Assembly (NCBI RefSeq): GCF_001194135.2
Contig: NC_068985.1
Coordinates: 68,098,855-68,162,854, forward strand
DNA length: 64,000 bases
DNA from: Octopus bimaculoides
Lineage: Eukaryota
Reading direction: 5' to 3'
Below are positions 1 to 11,789 of this stretch, piece by piece. Numbering within the stretch: the stretch's first letter is position 1; each line of letters begins with the position of its first letter. Both the position numbers and the translations under genes were made by a program. The notes beneath the pieces are model-generated. The model saw nothing but the letters and a program-made list of their open reading frames with translations, searched no databases and was not told the DNA's origin.

Positions 1-294
1 TAATACTGTACAAACCTACTTAAACTGGAGACAGAAACACCTTGAAGTAAGACCCTACATAGACAGTAACAAACTTGCCAACGTAAAATACTGTCTATGT
101 GATCTCAAATTTTAAAGCAAACACATAACTTTCTTATGCTTTCTTAAACATTCACTTGAATAAAACTGTACAAATCCAAATATATGGTACTCTAGGCATA
201 ACACCTACATGGACTTCTAACTTGTTGTCTCTTGAGGTCTCTGGGTGAGACTTGGATCCAACTTGTACAAATGCAAAACAAAAGTCAAACATAA
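1..294 (+). mobile_element. 3' end of an R4/Dong-like (restriction-like endonuclease) non-LTR retrotransposon
   Basis: 73-102 reads ..TCQRKILSM*, resembling the ILRKxLS C-terminus of R4/Dong ORFs. A ~190-bp 3' UTR follows and ends in an (AAT)n tail. Family assignment is from recalled motifs only. Confidence 0.5.
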
Positions 295-315
295 AATAAT
301 AATAATAATAATAAT
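295..315 (+). repeat. (AAT)n tract between two elements
   Basis: Direct reading of the sequence. Confidence 0.95.
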
Positions 316-318
316 TAG

Positions 319-864
319 TACCTGATGCAGCACCAGACAGTGGCTGTTATGGGTTCTGATCTTAAGTGAGTGGAAGTGTTACCAAGTACATTGTTTTGTC
401 TTAGTATAAAAGATGGGCTACAGCATATATTCTTCTCAATACCACAGGTTTTCTTGTCCGTCGTCTGACCTTAACCAGTTGATCATGTCCTTTAATGACT
501 GACGATATGTGCATATCTGATCACGAGCTGAAGTATTGGGGGAGCGTCATAGCCATGGGTTGACAGGAATTGATTGGGGTTTAAATAATTCACGTTTGGA
601 AACATGGATGTTTCGTTCGACATCCTTAAACAACCCTTATTCAGAGACCTTTGGTGCAGGATGGGCTTCTCGATCTGAAGAAAATTCTAACTGGGTTCCA
701 GTGCTGTTTATCTTGATATGAGATCACCATGTCACGCAGATGTGGTTGTGATGCATGTGCTTGATGTACACTTATCAGACGTGTATTCATGATGAATATA
801 CTGCTTACCGTATATTTTACGGCAGTTCTCATTTTGTTGGTATACACTGTTCTCTCTCTCTCTC
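319..864 (+). mobile_element. ~550-bp non-coding interspersed element, copy 1, flanked by (AAT)n
   Basis: Colinear with 18918-19493 over the whole length (roughly 70-75% identity). Shared anchors: tgatgcag, atgggctacagca, atatctgatcacg, ggaaacatgga, tttatcttgatatgagat, ctctctc plus tail. No convincing ORF. Confidence 0.75.
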
Positions 865-876
865 AATAATGATATT

Positions 877-966
<90 letters not shown>
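865..966 (+). repeat. (AAT)n microsatellite, 3' tail of the element
   Basis: Near-perfect AAT array; it produces the poly-Ile ORF 755..1015. Confidence 0.97.
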
Positions 967-2040
967 TTTATTATTATATCAAATGAAATACATATTCCTT
1001 GTATCGAGGAAATAAAGCAACAAATTTCCCCTAAAATGTCAGACTTAAAAAAGTCTAAACATTAAATAATGTAGCCTTAAACAGCGAACACATTTAGCAA
1101 TAATCTGATGCTCAGAGCTAAGAGTGTGATTGATCGCCATTCTGCTGTATCATTGTTGATCTACAGCTAAACAATGATAATACACTGAGTAGCTTTCTGA
1201 ATGCAATCCACCTTTCTATAAATCCTCTATGCTATGAAAATATGGGCAAATCAATAATCTGACAAGATGAAGGTCAGATGAAAGAAAAATACTTTATAGC
1301 TAACGTGGAGAAGCGGATTTATAACTATTGTAATACTACCACTACCACGCCACCAAATAAAAACGAAAAAAATTAATATCAATGCTGTGCAAATTTTGAT
1401 AGAACCGATATATACTGTTACATTTGAGGTAACTACAGGTGGAAATGGATTTCAAAAGAATTGCTCGATAGGAAAAAATATAAAAAATACTTTAAAGATA
1501 GTGTTTGGATAAGTACAACTTTAATGCATATGATAAACGAAGGGCAGAGATGTTAATTTTGTAGGTTTGTGATGGATTAACACAAAATTTGATGGTTAGT
1601 ATTCGTAGAGTTGATATTGTGAACGGAAAACGACACAAACGCAAAGTGCATGGTTGTCGATGTTCAAAGCTTGTAAGGTACTAATAAGTTAAGTATAACT
1701 CTAAGACCGTTGAAATTTTGTAAGATATTTAGTATAGAATCCCTTTTCACAGTGAGACTGGTCACAATAAGCGATCTAGATGTGACTATCTTTTTGAAGA
1801 CAAAAATGTCATACAATGTAATCAATTATGTTTGCAGAAATCTGATGCTTGATGCGAACGCGATGTTAGGAACTGACATATACTATCGTAAAAAACAAAC
1901 AAACTGGTATAACACAAAGAGCAATGCTTATAAATGATTAGAAAAGTAAAGAGAACAAATATGATTTTACTCTTACATATACAAACATATACTCAGTACT
2001 GACAGTTTGTCACGAAGATCGCCGAGAAAATGTATCATAT

Positions 2041-2275
2041 AATGTATGCATGTATGCATGTATGCATGTATGTAGGTATGTAGGTATGCATGCATGTATG
2101 CATACTTTCATGAATGCATGCTTCCATGCATGCGTGTATGTTTGCATGTGAATGTGTATGAATGTATATATGTATGTATGTGCGTATATATGTATATAAG
2201 CATATATGTTTATCTGTATGTGTATATGCATGTTTGTATGTATGTTTGAAAGTACGTATACATGTATTCTTGTGT
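2041..2275. repeat. degenerate (ATGC/ATGT)n low-complexity repeat
   Basis: Direct reading; explains the spurious ORF 2010..2291. Confidence 0.9.
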
Positions 2276-2949
2276 TATTTACTTTCTCCACATAGATGCT
2301 AAGTGCTTAAACAAGTTACACAAACCAACTTGTTGAATAAGCTACTCCTATTGCATAATTCCCAAATATCCTTGAACGTAGATTAAAAACACATGTACCA
2401 AGTTTACCAAATTAATTTTTTCCTAGCTGCGCTGCAAATGCTCAGGTAGACAGAAAAGCCTACTGGTGGATTTCACACGCCCAAACCAGGTCGTAATTTA
2501 CTCGGCAGAGCAGCATTTTTAAGTCAACTATCGAGAGTGCAAAGTATATCTTCATGAATCTCTTTTATTCCTTGAGCAGTACCTCTCCACTATCGCGACC
2601 AGTAAAGTTTCCAAACTCTCTGTGTATGTTACATTCAGCACCCTACTATACACCTTTAACTTACACCTCTATTTTCTTCACCAGGATCCCCATAACAAGT
2701 ATAGAAGTATTTTAGAGTTTTTCACATCAACAAATCTGCCAGTTTTGATAATATCCCTTCCAAGGCATTCAAACATAGCAAATGGACATGAAGTTGCAAA
2801 ACAAGATGCATGGAACTGCACGTAAAGTAAAGGTAAAACACACCTTAGATGCAAAACAGACGATACCAAAACGCAGACAAAACGCCAGAAATGGCAAATT
2901 GATGATGGCCACCACTAATACCCATCCAGTTTCACAGCAGTGCTACTGT

Positions 2950-5100
2950 CATGTAGTTGAGATCTGTTACAAATCAGTATCTGAAGTAGAAACACATATT
3001 TCAACGAACTTGTCAAATGCAAGCAGAAAATATGCATGCCAATCACAAAACCTCCATCTAACTGTATATTTAGCAGATGCCGATTTTCACTCACCAGAGA
3101 ATTCGTATTCAATACAGACTGGAAAGTAGGAAGTCATGATGAAATTGATATGTGCATCCGTAATAACGTCACATCTTTAATGTTGCTGTCACACTCTAAT
3201 TCAATTTGCGACTCATTAATTTGATATTAAGAAACTCTGGGTATTCATATATACAAGTCATTTGCCTCAAATCACGACAAAAAAATTGGGGAGAATTTTA
3301 GTAAAATAGGCTGGATCAGCACATTAATACATTACGCCCCTTTCTCGTATCCTGTTCATAGAACAAATTATAGTTCAATCAAAAAAGTGCTAACCATTCC
3401 GGCTCCTTGCTTCATAAAATATTATGGCACACATCGATAATTTGAAGTTGACTCCTACAATTATGTCGGACCATAACTTACTGAATATTGATCAAAGGAA
3501 GCCGAAGAAACTTCTACGAAGCTAACTGGAAGTTGATTCAAAAGGAAATCTCTAGAAAACAAAAATAGCCAGAAAGTTTCTCTGTGCAAGACAACGACAT
3601 AATTTGACAAAATGATCTCAGTTATATAAATCCGAAGCATTATATATGTTTTGGAAGGAAATATTAAACTGCATGAATATATATGTCCTCATAGAAGGAA
3701 TCTGCGTATGAGACGGTAGAACAAAGGTTGTAAATCGAATAAGGTGTTAAGTAACACAGTGAAAACTGCTTAATACGAACACTCCTAGAAACAGGTAACA
3801 GAATGTAGGTTTCTCAAGAATGGAAGAGAACACTAGAGAATGTACAAGCATATCACTAACCTTTGTACAGTTTTTATTGAGAATTAGCGAATTTATAGTG
3901 CATTTCAAAATAGAGCCATTATTCCAAGAAATTAATTGACGTAAAACGAATTAGTAAAAAAAACTGAATTATCTGTTCAAAAGTGTATCCACCTTTCCAC
4001 TGGGATGCATGTAGATACATATGTCATATGAGGTCTTTGACATCATATATCTAAATAGCAACGTCAAAGTGTAGGATGTAATAGACATCCAAATTTGAAA
4101 TGAGCTTAAACCAAATAACAGATCCCCATGAAATCCTAGGAATCTGGTTACAAATATGTAAACGAGATTTAGTTACGCCAGATGGATTCTTAAGGATCCT
4201 TGCCAAATGTAAAGCCTCCGAAATATTTAATATTTAAAAGAACGCCTTTAAATGAGAAACAAATCAGATACAAAAGTTACAGACGTTTGACATATACATC
4301 AGCACAGCAGATAAATTGTTAGAAAAAGAAATCTTCGTTGTATTTCTCACCTTTGTGAAGTTTTTCGAGGAAGTTGGACTTCGGATGATGTGTCGCAACG
4401 TGGGCTATCTCAGAATTGTACCAAAACAAAGATAACGACTGCATAACATTCCAGACAATTGCAACCAACAGTAATCCTTTAAACCAAAAGAACGATTTTG
4501 AATGGTGTCCACTGGTAGCACTTTTGAAATTTCTCTTTTCTATGACACCTTCAGACTTTGTATTGTTATGCAAACAACTATTCTCACTAGGTATGCTGCA
4601 GCTAAATGAGGAAATAAGAAACTTGGAAATGCAACAAACCTAGAGAAAGGTATTACTGCAATTTACAAAATTCGACCGAAGATATCATGCAAGTTAACGC
4701 TGGAAAAATTATAATACTTTTTTGTCAGTCCACAGCACCTGAAAGGGATGCAATTACATAATCACAAGTATTGTGTGACCTGGGACTAAAAGTGAGCAAC
4801 AATGAACCTTTCATATACACAATACCAAGGTAGCAAACATGTACAAGAACGGCGAAATGGATGCCGACACAATTCAGTCCGAGAAACCAGGAAGCTATGA
4901 TTTTACTTGTTTTGAGAATAATTATCCTCAGCCTTACGGAATACTACTCACTACTGAGGTCTTCAAACTATAACTTTAGACGCAGAGCAATGACCCTGCA
5001 CGAAGACAATATTCTCAATGCAAAAACTGAGCTATCGCGAACCATTGAAAACATTTGAACACAGCTCTAAAAAATAAATAGAAATAATATGCAGTGATTT
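2950..5100 (+). mobile_element. heavily decayed CR1-like LINE (ORF2 fossil: APE endonuclease and RT remnants)
   Basis: Broken motifs in the expected order: ADFHSP (GDFN-like, ~3077), MSDHNLL (APE SDH, ~3464), DLGLKVSN (~4779), QFSPRNQEAMILLVLRIIILSLTEYYSLL (CR1 RT C-terminal region, ORF 4861..5058). Many stops and frameshifts; boundaries approximate. Confidence 0.6.
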
Positions 5101-5479
5101 ATATATGTCACATTTTGAGGAGCTAACACCAGACATTAGCATTCTAAACTATGCCAATCCTCGAAGTAATCACTAATGCACAGAGTGTAGTAGTAGGTGT
5201 ATAGGCTGCGCTCCAGCATGGACACGTTAAAATAAAGCCTACTAGTACATATTTTCACGGATATTTTTCGAATCTGTTGATTTTGCCTTCGCTAACGATT
5301 ATATGAGTGGGGTCAGTATGAATTAACATTTCCAAAAACAACAACAAAAAAAAGAATATAGATACTTCTGAACGTTCACCTGTGTGTGTGTTTCTTTATG
5401 CGAGTATATGTGTATGGTGTTCGAAGACATGCTACTGTATGTTCAAGCGTGAATCTGAATACGTATATATATATATATA

Positions 5480-6710
5480 TTGGGTTGGCAACTAAGTTCA
5501 CGCCGTTTTTTTAAATTTTGGAATCTATTTTATTCGAGAATTCTATTTTTGACTCATTTTGGAATCTTTTTTTTTTCTAGTTAATTTTAGTTAATGCTTG
5601 TTTATTTTCAGATCATTAAAATGGAATTTCAAGTTAGGAAAACGAACATTTTCGAAAAATTCTTCTTTTTGCTTTTAATCAAGGTTCTAAGGTCACAAAA
5701 GCTGCTCACGATATTTGGGCTGTGTATGGAGAGGGTGCCATAGCTGAAAGAACCACTCGTGATTGGTATGCCAAGTTCGAAAAGGGAAATTTTGACCTCA
5801 GACACTCACCTCGTTCTGGCCGTCCAGTTGAGTTCGATAAAGAGCGATTAAACCACCTTTTGCACGAAAATTCTCGTCAAACGACAAGGGAACTGGCGGA
5901 GAAAATGGAATGCTCACACACTGCTATAAAGAAGCATCTTCACTCGATAGGAAAGATTCAGAAGTATGGAGCATGGGTTCCGCATGCTTTAAGTGACAAC
6001 AACTAAAATCAACGAGTCACAATCTCTGCTGGTTTGCTCCCTCGTCATCGCTCAACTCATGGACACAAGCAACGATTTCTTTACCGAATCGTTACTGGCG
6101 ACGAAAAATGTTGCCTGTACGTCAATATGAAGCAGCGTAAGAATGGCTTAGCCTCGGTAAACAAGTGACACCGAGCGAGAAACAAGATCTTCATCCGCGT
6201 AAAACGATGTTGTGCGTATGGTGCGACTGGGAAGTGATTATCCATTACGAATTGCTTGAACGGAACCAAACGGTCAACGTGGAATTCTATGTTCAACAGA
6301 TGGAACGACTCAACACGGCTCTTCAAGAGAAAAGACCTAATCGGCAGCATGGAGCTCTGCAGCACGACAATGCCCGCCCTCATATCGCCAATATGACCAA
6401 AGAAGCCATTCAAACTCATGGCTGGGAAGTGCGTCACATCCGCCGTACTCTCCTGATTTGGCACCAGCGGATTTCCACCTCTTTCGATCTCTTTCAAATG
6501 CTATGCCCGGAGTTTCGTTCATTACTATTGCAGAATTGAGAGCTTAGTTGGATCAATTTTTCGAGTGGAAATCGGGTGATTTCCACCAAGGAGGTATTGA
6601 AAATCTTGTTGAACGTTGGTAAGTTGTAAACAATAATGGTGAATACATTATTGATTAATTGGTTGTTATTTTTTATTAAACCTTTTAAAAAAATTCAATT
6701 AAAAAAAACC
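5480..6710 (+). mobile_element. mariner DNA transposon, mellifera-subfamily-like, nearly full length; 3' TIR not present
   Basis: TA followed by the TIR ttgggttggcaactaagttcacgccg at 5480, inserted in (TA)n. Transposase motifs SGRP, WVPHAL, TGDEK, HDNARPH and YSPDLAPADFHLF. Confidence 0.95.
5621..6658 (+). pseudogene. mariner (D,D34D) transposase pseudogene
   Basis: ATG at 5621, TAA at 6656-6658. In-frame stop after ALSDNN (6004-6006) and several frameshifts split it into ORFs 5722..6006 and 6165..6539. Confidence 0.92.
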
Positions 6711-7577
6711 CGCGTTTTACATAGATATATAGAGATATACAATCTTCTATGTACTATGCCGGATACATGAGGTGTTCGTTTTGGTATGTCNNNNNNNNNN
6801 NNNNNNNNNNNNNNNNNNNNNNNNNNNNNNNNNNNNNNNNNNNNNNNNNNNNNNNNNNNNNNNNNNNNNNNNNNNNNNNNNNNNNNNNNNNNNNNNNNNN
6901 NNNNNNNNNNNNNNNNNNNNNNNNNNNNNNNNNNNNNNNNNNNNNNNNNNNNNNNNNNNNNNNNNNNNNNNNNNNNNNNNNNNNNNNNNNNNNNNNNNNN
7001 NNNNNNNNNNNNNNNNNNNNNNNNNNNNNNNNNNNNNNNNNNNNATATATATATATATATATAAGGGAATTTCTATACAAGAATGCCTCACGCTATGAGG
7101 GACTACCATAATACACACATTTACCGCGATGCAATTAAAAAAAACCCGCGTTTTACATAGATATATAGAGATATACAATCTTCTATGTACTATGCCGGAT
7201 ACATGAGGTGTTCGTTTTGGTATGTCGAATCTTTTGTTTATTTTTTATGTATTTTGACCATACTATACTGATGATCAGAAGTTACATATTGTTGTAATAA
7301 CTGTGAAATCGTTCGATATATAGTTCAGTCTGTTTTTAAGAGGACAGCTTTGAGAGTTGCATTTCCTCGCATTTGGTAAACATGTGTTTATTATGGTAGT
7401 TTGACTTTAGTAGTCCCTAGGCGTCAGGCGTTCTTGTATAGAAATGCCTTTATATAAATATAGATAAATGTATTCTAGGGAATAAATGATGCATTTTTTT
7501 CCCTTATGAGGTTTTTTTTTTTCTCGCTAGCTACTTGATAAATTCTTGTAAAAGATTTTATCCCACTATTGAATTAA

Positions 7578-7705
<128 letters not shown>

Positions 7706-8335
7706 ATACATATATTATTTGATGAAAAACAAATAATCGGAAAATTAGAGCTGCATGTTGTATATATATAGACGGTAAAAAAAAGAGGAACCATGAAATT
7801 TAGACTAATATGAACGATTAAAAGATATGGAAAGACAGTCGATAAGGAGCAGTTCAAAGAGATACAAAGTATGAAATTTAACAAAAAGTTCCCCCAAGAG
7901 TGTTTTTATTTCCAAAATTATAAACGAAAAACGAAACATGTTGTTTAAGGAAAACAATGAAAAAGGAATGATGCGTAATAAAACAGCTCCAAGCAGATCT
8001 ATCGAATCAGAGATGGCACAGATGGTTTACAGTGAATGATTAGCATCACTTAAAGAATTTGAAATATGTACAGGCGGGTATCCGTTTCTTACCGTATGTA
8101 TAAACTGGTGTCATTTGCGAGGGTTCACATATACAGAGAGCGACAGAATGTCAGATATGCACACATATATCCATGCGCACACACGCACACATACAAAAAA
8201 ACGCACATGCAGAAACACACATATACAAGTACGCACACATATAGAGATAAACAGGTAGATAGATAAGTTGATAGATCAATACATAAACAGAGAGATAACA
8301 TGCTAGAGAGGAATCTATATGTATGTATGAGAGAG

Positions 8336-8371
<36 letters not shown>

Positions 8372-8694
8372 AAGAATGAGAGAACGTGAGAGAAAGAGAG
8401 AGAGACAGAGAGAGTGAGTGTTTATACACATGCAACCTAATGTGTCAGTGAGTGTGAAGTGTGTGATTTCCATCGTATATACCTGCAGCTGTGATAGTCT
8501 CCATAAAGGGATTTCTAAACACATTTCTCAATTCAATTCGGCCTATGTGTAAAATGCACAAAGAATGCATATAATAAGGATGTAGGATTTTTCTCTATCC
8601 ATAATATTATTATATTTTGTCTGCAGGTACACACACAATCTCAATCACGTATGCATAATAATATACATAACAATTGTGAATGTTTATCCATATC

Positions 8695-8725
<31 letters not shown>

Positions 8726-8763
8726 NNNNNNNNNNACATATGTATATATATATATGTGTGTGT

Positions 8764-8800
<37 letters not shown>

Positions 8801-8834
8801 AGCGTGTATATGATAGTACCAATGCGTGTGTGTT

Positions 8835-9048
8835 TGTGTTTGTCACCCCGCCTTCAATTGACAACCGATGCTAGTGTGTTTGTGTCCCCGTAACTTAGTG
8901 ATTCGTCAAAAGTAAACGATAGAATAAGTACGTGGCTTTCAAAGAATAAGAAAAGTGGTCGATTTCTTCGACTAAAACCCCTTTAAGTGATGCTCTAGGA
9001 TGGCCGCAGTCAAATGACTGAAACAAGTAAAAGAATAAAAGAAAGAAT
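8835..9048 (+). mobile_element. SINE, 3' two-thirds (family A)
   Basis: Aligns with the reverse complement of 11173-11374 (gacaacc..ccccgtaacttag..gtcgatt..actaaaaccc..gactgaaacaag) and ends in an A-rich tail. Confidence 0.75.
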
Positions 9049-9053
9049 ATATA

Positions 9054-9693
9054 CTGCTCTGATCAATAACTATCCGGATTCTTATACTAGCAAAGCTAAA
9101 GCATGCAGAGTAAAGCCACTAGGCACAGATTGACCTTGAACTCTGCTTTGCATGCGCACTAGGTTTTAACGTTGTAGCTCACTTCTGCTGTTTACAGCAG
9201 TGCTTGGAAGTAACGTGTGTAATGTGTGATCGTTGCATTGGCCAAGACAGAAAAAGCTGAGCAGAGAATCTGCATCAAATTTGCAGAGGCCTACGCAAAA
9301 TTTTCAAAAGGTTTTCCTGGTTCACGACACAACCAAGGATAACTTGTGCAACTGAAACCCGAGTGTCTTTTTGATCAGCTGAAAGCAATTTTGGCACGAA
9401 CCTGACAGACACACGTCTAATGCCCAAATCTTGAGTGATAATGGACTGAACTGAACCGTAACTAATCTGCACATCATCTGATAACTCACGGATGGAGATT
9501 AGACGATTTCCCTTCAGAATTGCACGCAGATTTGCAATGTTTTTTCTCAGTTCTGCTGGTTGCGGGTCTCCTAGAACGTTAAAACTTTGTGTGCATGCAG
9601 AGCATAGTTCAAGGTCAGTCGTTCCCAAGCGGTGTTACTCTGGTTTAGCTTTGTTACTATGGCAACTGTCCAGATACTCATTGATCGGACCTC

Positions 9694-9694
<1 letters not shown>
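9054..9694. mobile_element. non-autonomous irritans-like mariner derivative with ~130-bp inverted ends
   Basis: TA on both sides. The plus arm encodes the N-terminus (KTEKAEQRICIKF); the minus arm encodes the HTH region (ISIRELSDDVQISYGSVQSIITQDLGIRRVSVRFVPKLL). Confidence 0.85.
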
Positions 9695-9727
<33 letters not shown>

Positions 9728-10479
9728 GTGAAAATGTCCTCAGATCTATAAATAGTAATAAAAGGAAAACTTTGAAAAATCATTTTTTTGATCCGACCAA
9801 CAGAGTTTTCGACACCAGAAGATGAGAAACCGAAGATATTTAAGCTATCCAAAAAATCTTTCTCAGTAGAAATTTACCCCAGCAACGCAGCATTTTAACT
9901 ATTCTCAGTGCATTTTCAACTTCTATTTTTCCTATATTTCTACCCGTGTGGAATAAAATAACTTCGTTTTATTTCTATCTATCTATCTATCTATATATAT
10001 ATATATATATATATATAAATTTAGAGAGAGAGAGAGAGAGAGAGAAGAGAGAGAGGGAGAGGAGAGAGAGAGAGAAATAGACTATACATTTAAAGGAAAA
10101 GTGCTAACAGTAACTTCGCATTTTTGCCTTGCTAGCGTGCATCGTCCTGTGGTACGTTTGAGTTCAACTTTAATATATCCCGTAGTAAAATTATTTCTGG
10201 TAAAGCTGGTACTATATAGAATGATAGGTTGTAGCGTAAGTTTTATAGATTTATTTTCTGCATTCGTTGCATACTGCAAAAATAAAAGAAACGCCAAAGG
10301 CAATAGTAGCGACTAAAGAATATAAGGGAAGATAATACAATTTTTATTCTCATGGTTATGAAAATTCCTGATGCCACTTAATAGGCAATATGATAGATAT
10401 GGATATTTTTTAAGTATTAGCAGAATAAGCATTTCATTATCTTCTCGACGTCCATTAGATTAATAGACTGAGACGTTTG

Positions 10480-10665
10480 AATTCGGAAGAATCTTTGAAA
10501 ATGTATCTCGGGTGACTTAGCTAAATCCTGTTCACATATTTGTAAGCAGATTCCTTGGATTCTTTCGGGGTCTGTTATTTGCTTTAAGCTCATTCCAACT
10601 TTAGACGTCTATTACATTATGTTGCTGTGTAGAGATGTGTTGTCAAATGATTTCATATGACATTT
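10480..10665 (-). mobile_element. fragment of the same CR1-like family as 2950-5100
   Basis: The reverse complement of 10521-10664 aligns with 4021-4172 (about 80% over the core 95 bp). Confidence 0.7.
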
Positions 10666-11172
10666 TTATTGTATTTGTCTCAATGGCAAGGTGGACACAC
10701 TTTTGAACAGATAATTAGGTGTTTCACTAATTCTTTTTGAGCGAATAAATTTCTTGGAAAATATAACACTTATTCTAAGTATAAGCATTATATATACGAT
10801 GGTTTTTAATTGGTATCTAAGATTAATTATTATTTTTACCCAGTAAGAAAGAAATACATTTACAGGTAATTCATATAAATGGTGTTGAAAGGAATTTGAA
10901 TGCAAGAAAAAAGAATACAAGTAATTCAAAATTAGTCTCAATTTGAGCGTACGACATCAAAATGTAGAAGATTCTGTTAACGACGCACAAAGATGACGTT
11001 ACATACATTCAAGAAATGAAAAGATATTCTCTCAGTAGAATAGATATATTCTCTCTACGTATTTTCTTATAATTTCCTTACGTATTCAGCCAATATATGA
11101 GGAAAACAAATGTTTGACCCACATATATTACTATACTATATTACTTTGTAGATGTATGGATGTAAGTGTACC

Positions 11173-11374
11173 TTTTATCATTTGCTTGTTTCAGTCATCT
11201 CAATGCGGTTATGCTGGGGCACCGCCTTGAAGGGTTTTTAGTAGAATAAATCGACCCCAGGACGTTTTTTTGGAAAGTCTGGTACTCATTATATCGGGTC
11301 CTTTTGCCGAACCGCTAAGTTACGGGGGCGTAAACAAACCAGCACTGGTTGTCAAGCGGTGGTGGGTGACAAAC
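11173..11374 (-). mobile_element. SINE, family A (3' part)
   Basis: Reverse-complement match to 8835-9048. Confidence 0.75.
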
Positions 11375-11789
11375 AGAAAATGGAAAAAAATGAGAATCTA
11401 TAAAAGATAAAAGTATATAGTGATAATGGAGATATACTAATTAGATTAAATGCTATAATTCATGCCGTGATGCAATTTGTGCGGTAATATAATGAATGTA
11501 ATTACTCATCAGAAAATTTAATGGGCAGAGAACATTTAAAGCGGATAGCTAACTCTCGGGTCTGCTTGCATCGTTGAATACTTACACCCATTATATATAN
11601 NNNNNNNNNNNNNNNNNNNNNNNNNNNNNNNNNNNNNNNNNNNNNNNNNNNNNNNNNNNNNNNNNNNNNNNNNNNNNNNNNNNNNNNNNNNNNNNNNNNN
11701 NNNNNNNNNNNNNNNNNNNNNNNNNNNNNNNNNNNNNNNNNNNNNNNNNNNNNNNNNNNNNNNNNNNNNNNNNTATATATATATACGGT

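Noticed and set aside
9790-9832. Minus-strand hammerhead-like layout (..tgtcGAAAactctgttggTC..)
   Set aside because: The core reads CTTCTGG instead of CTGANGA and stem I barely pairs; unsupported without a family consensus.
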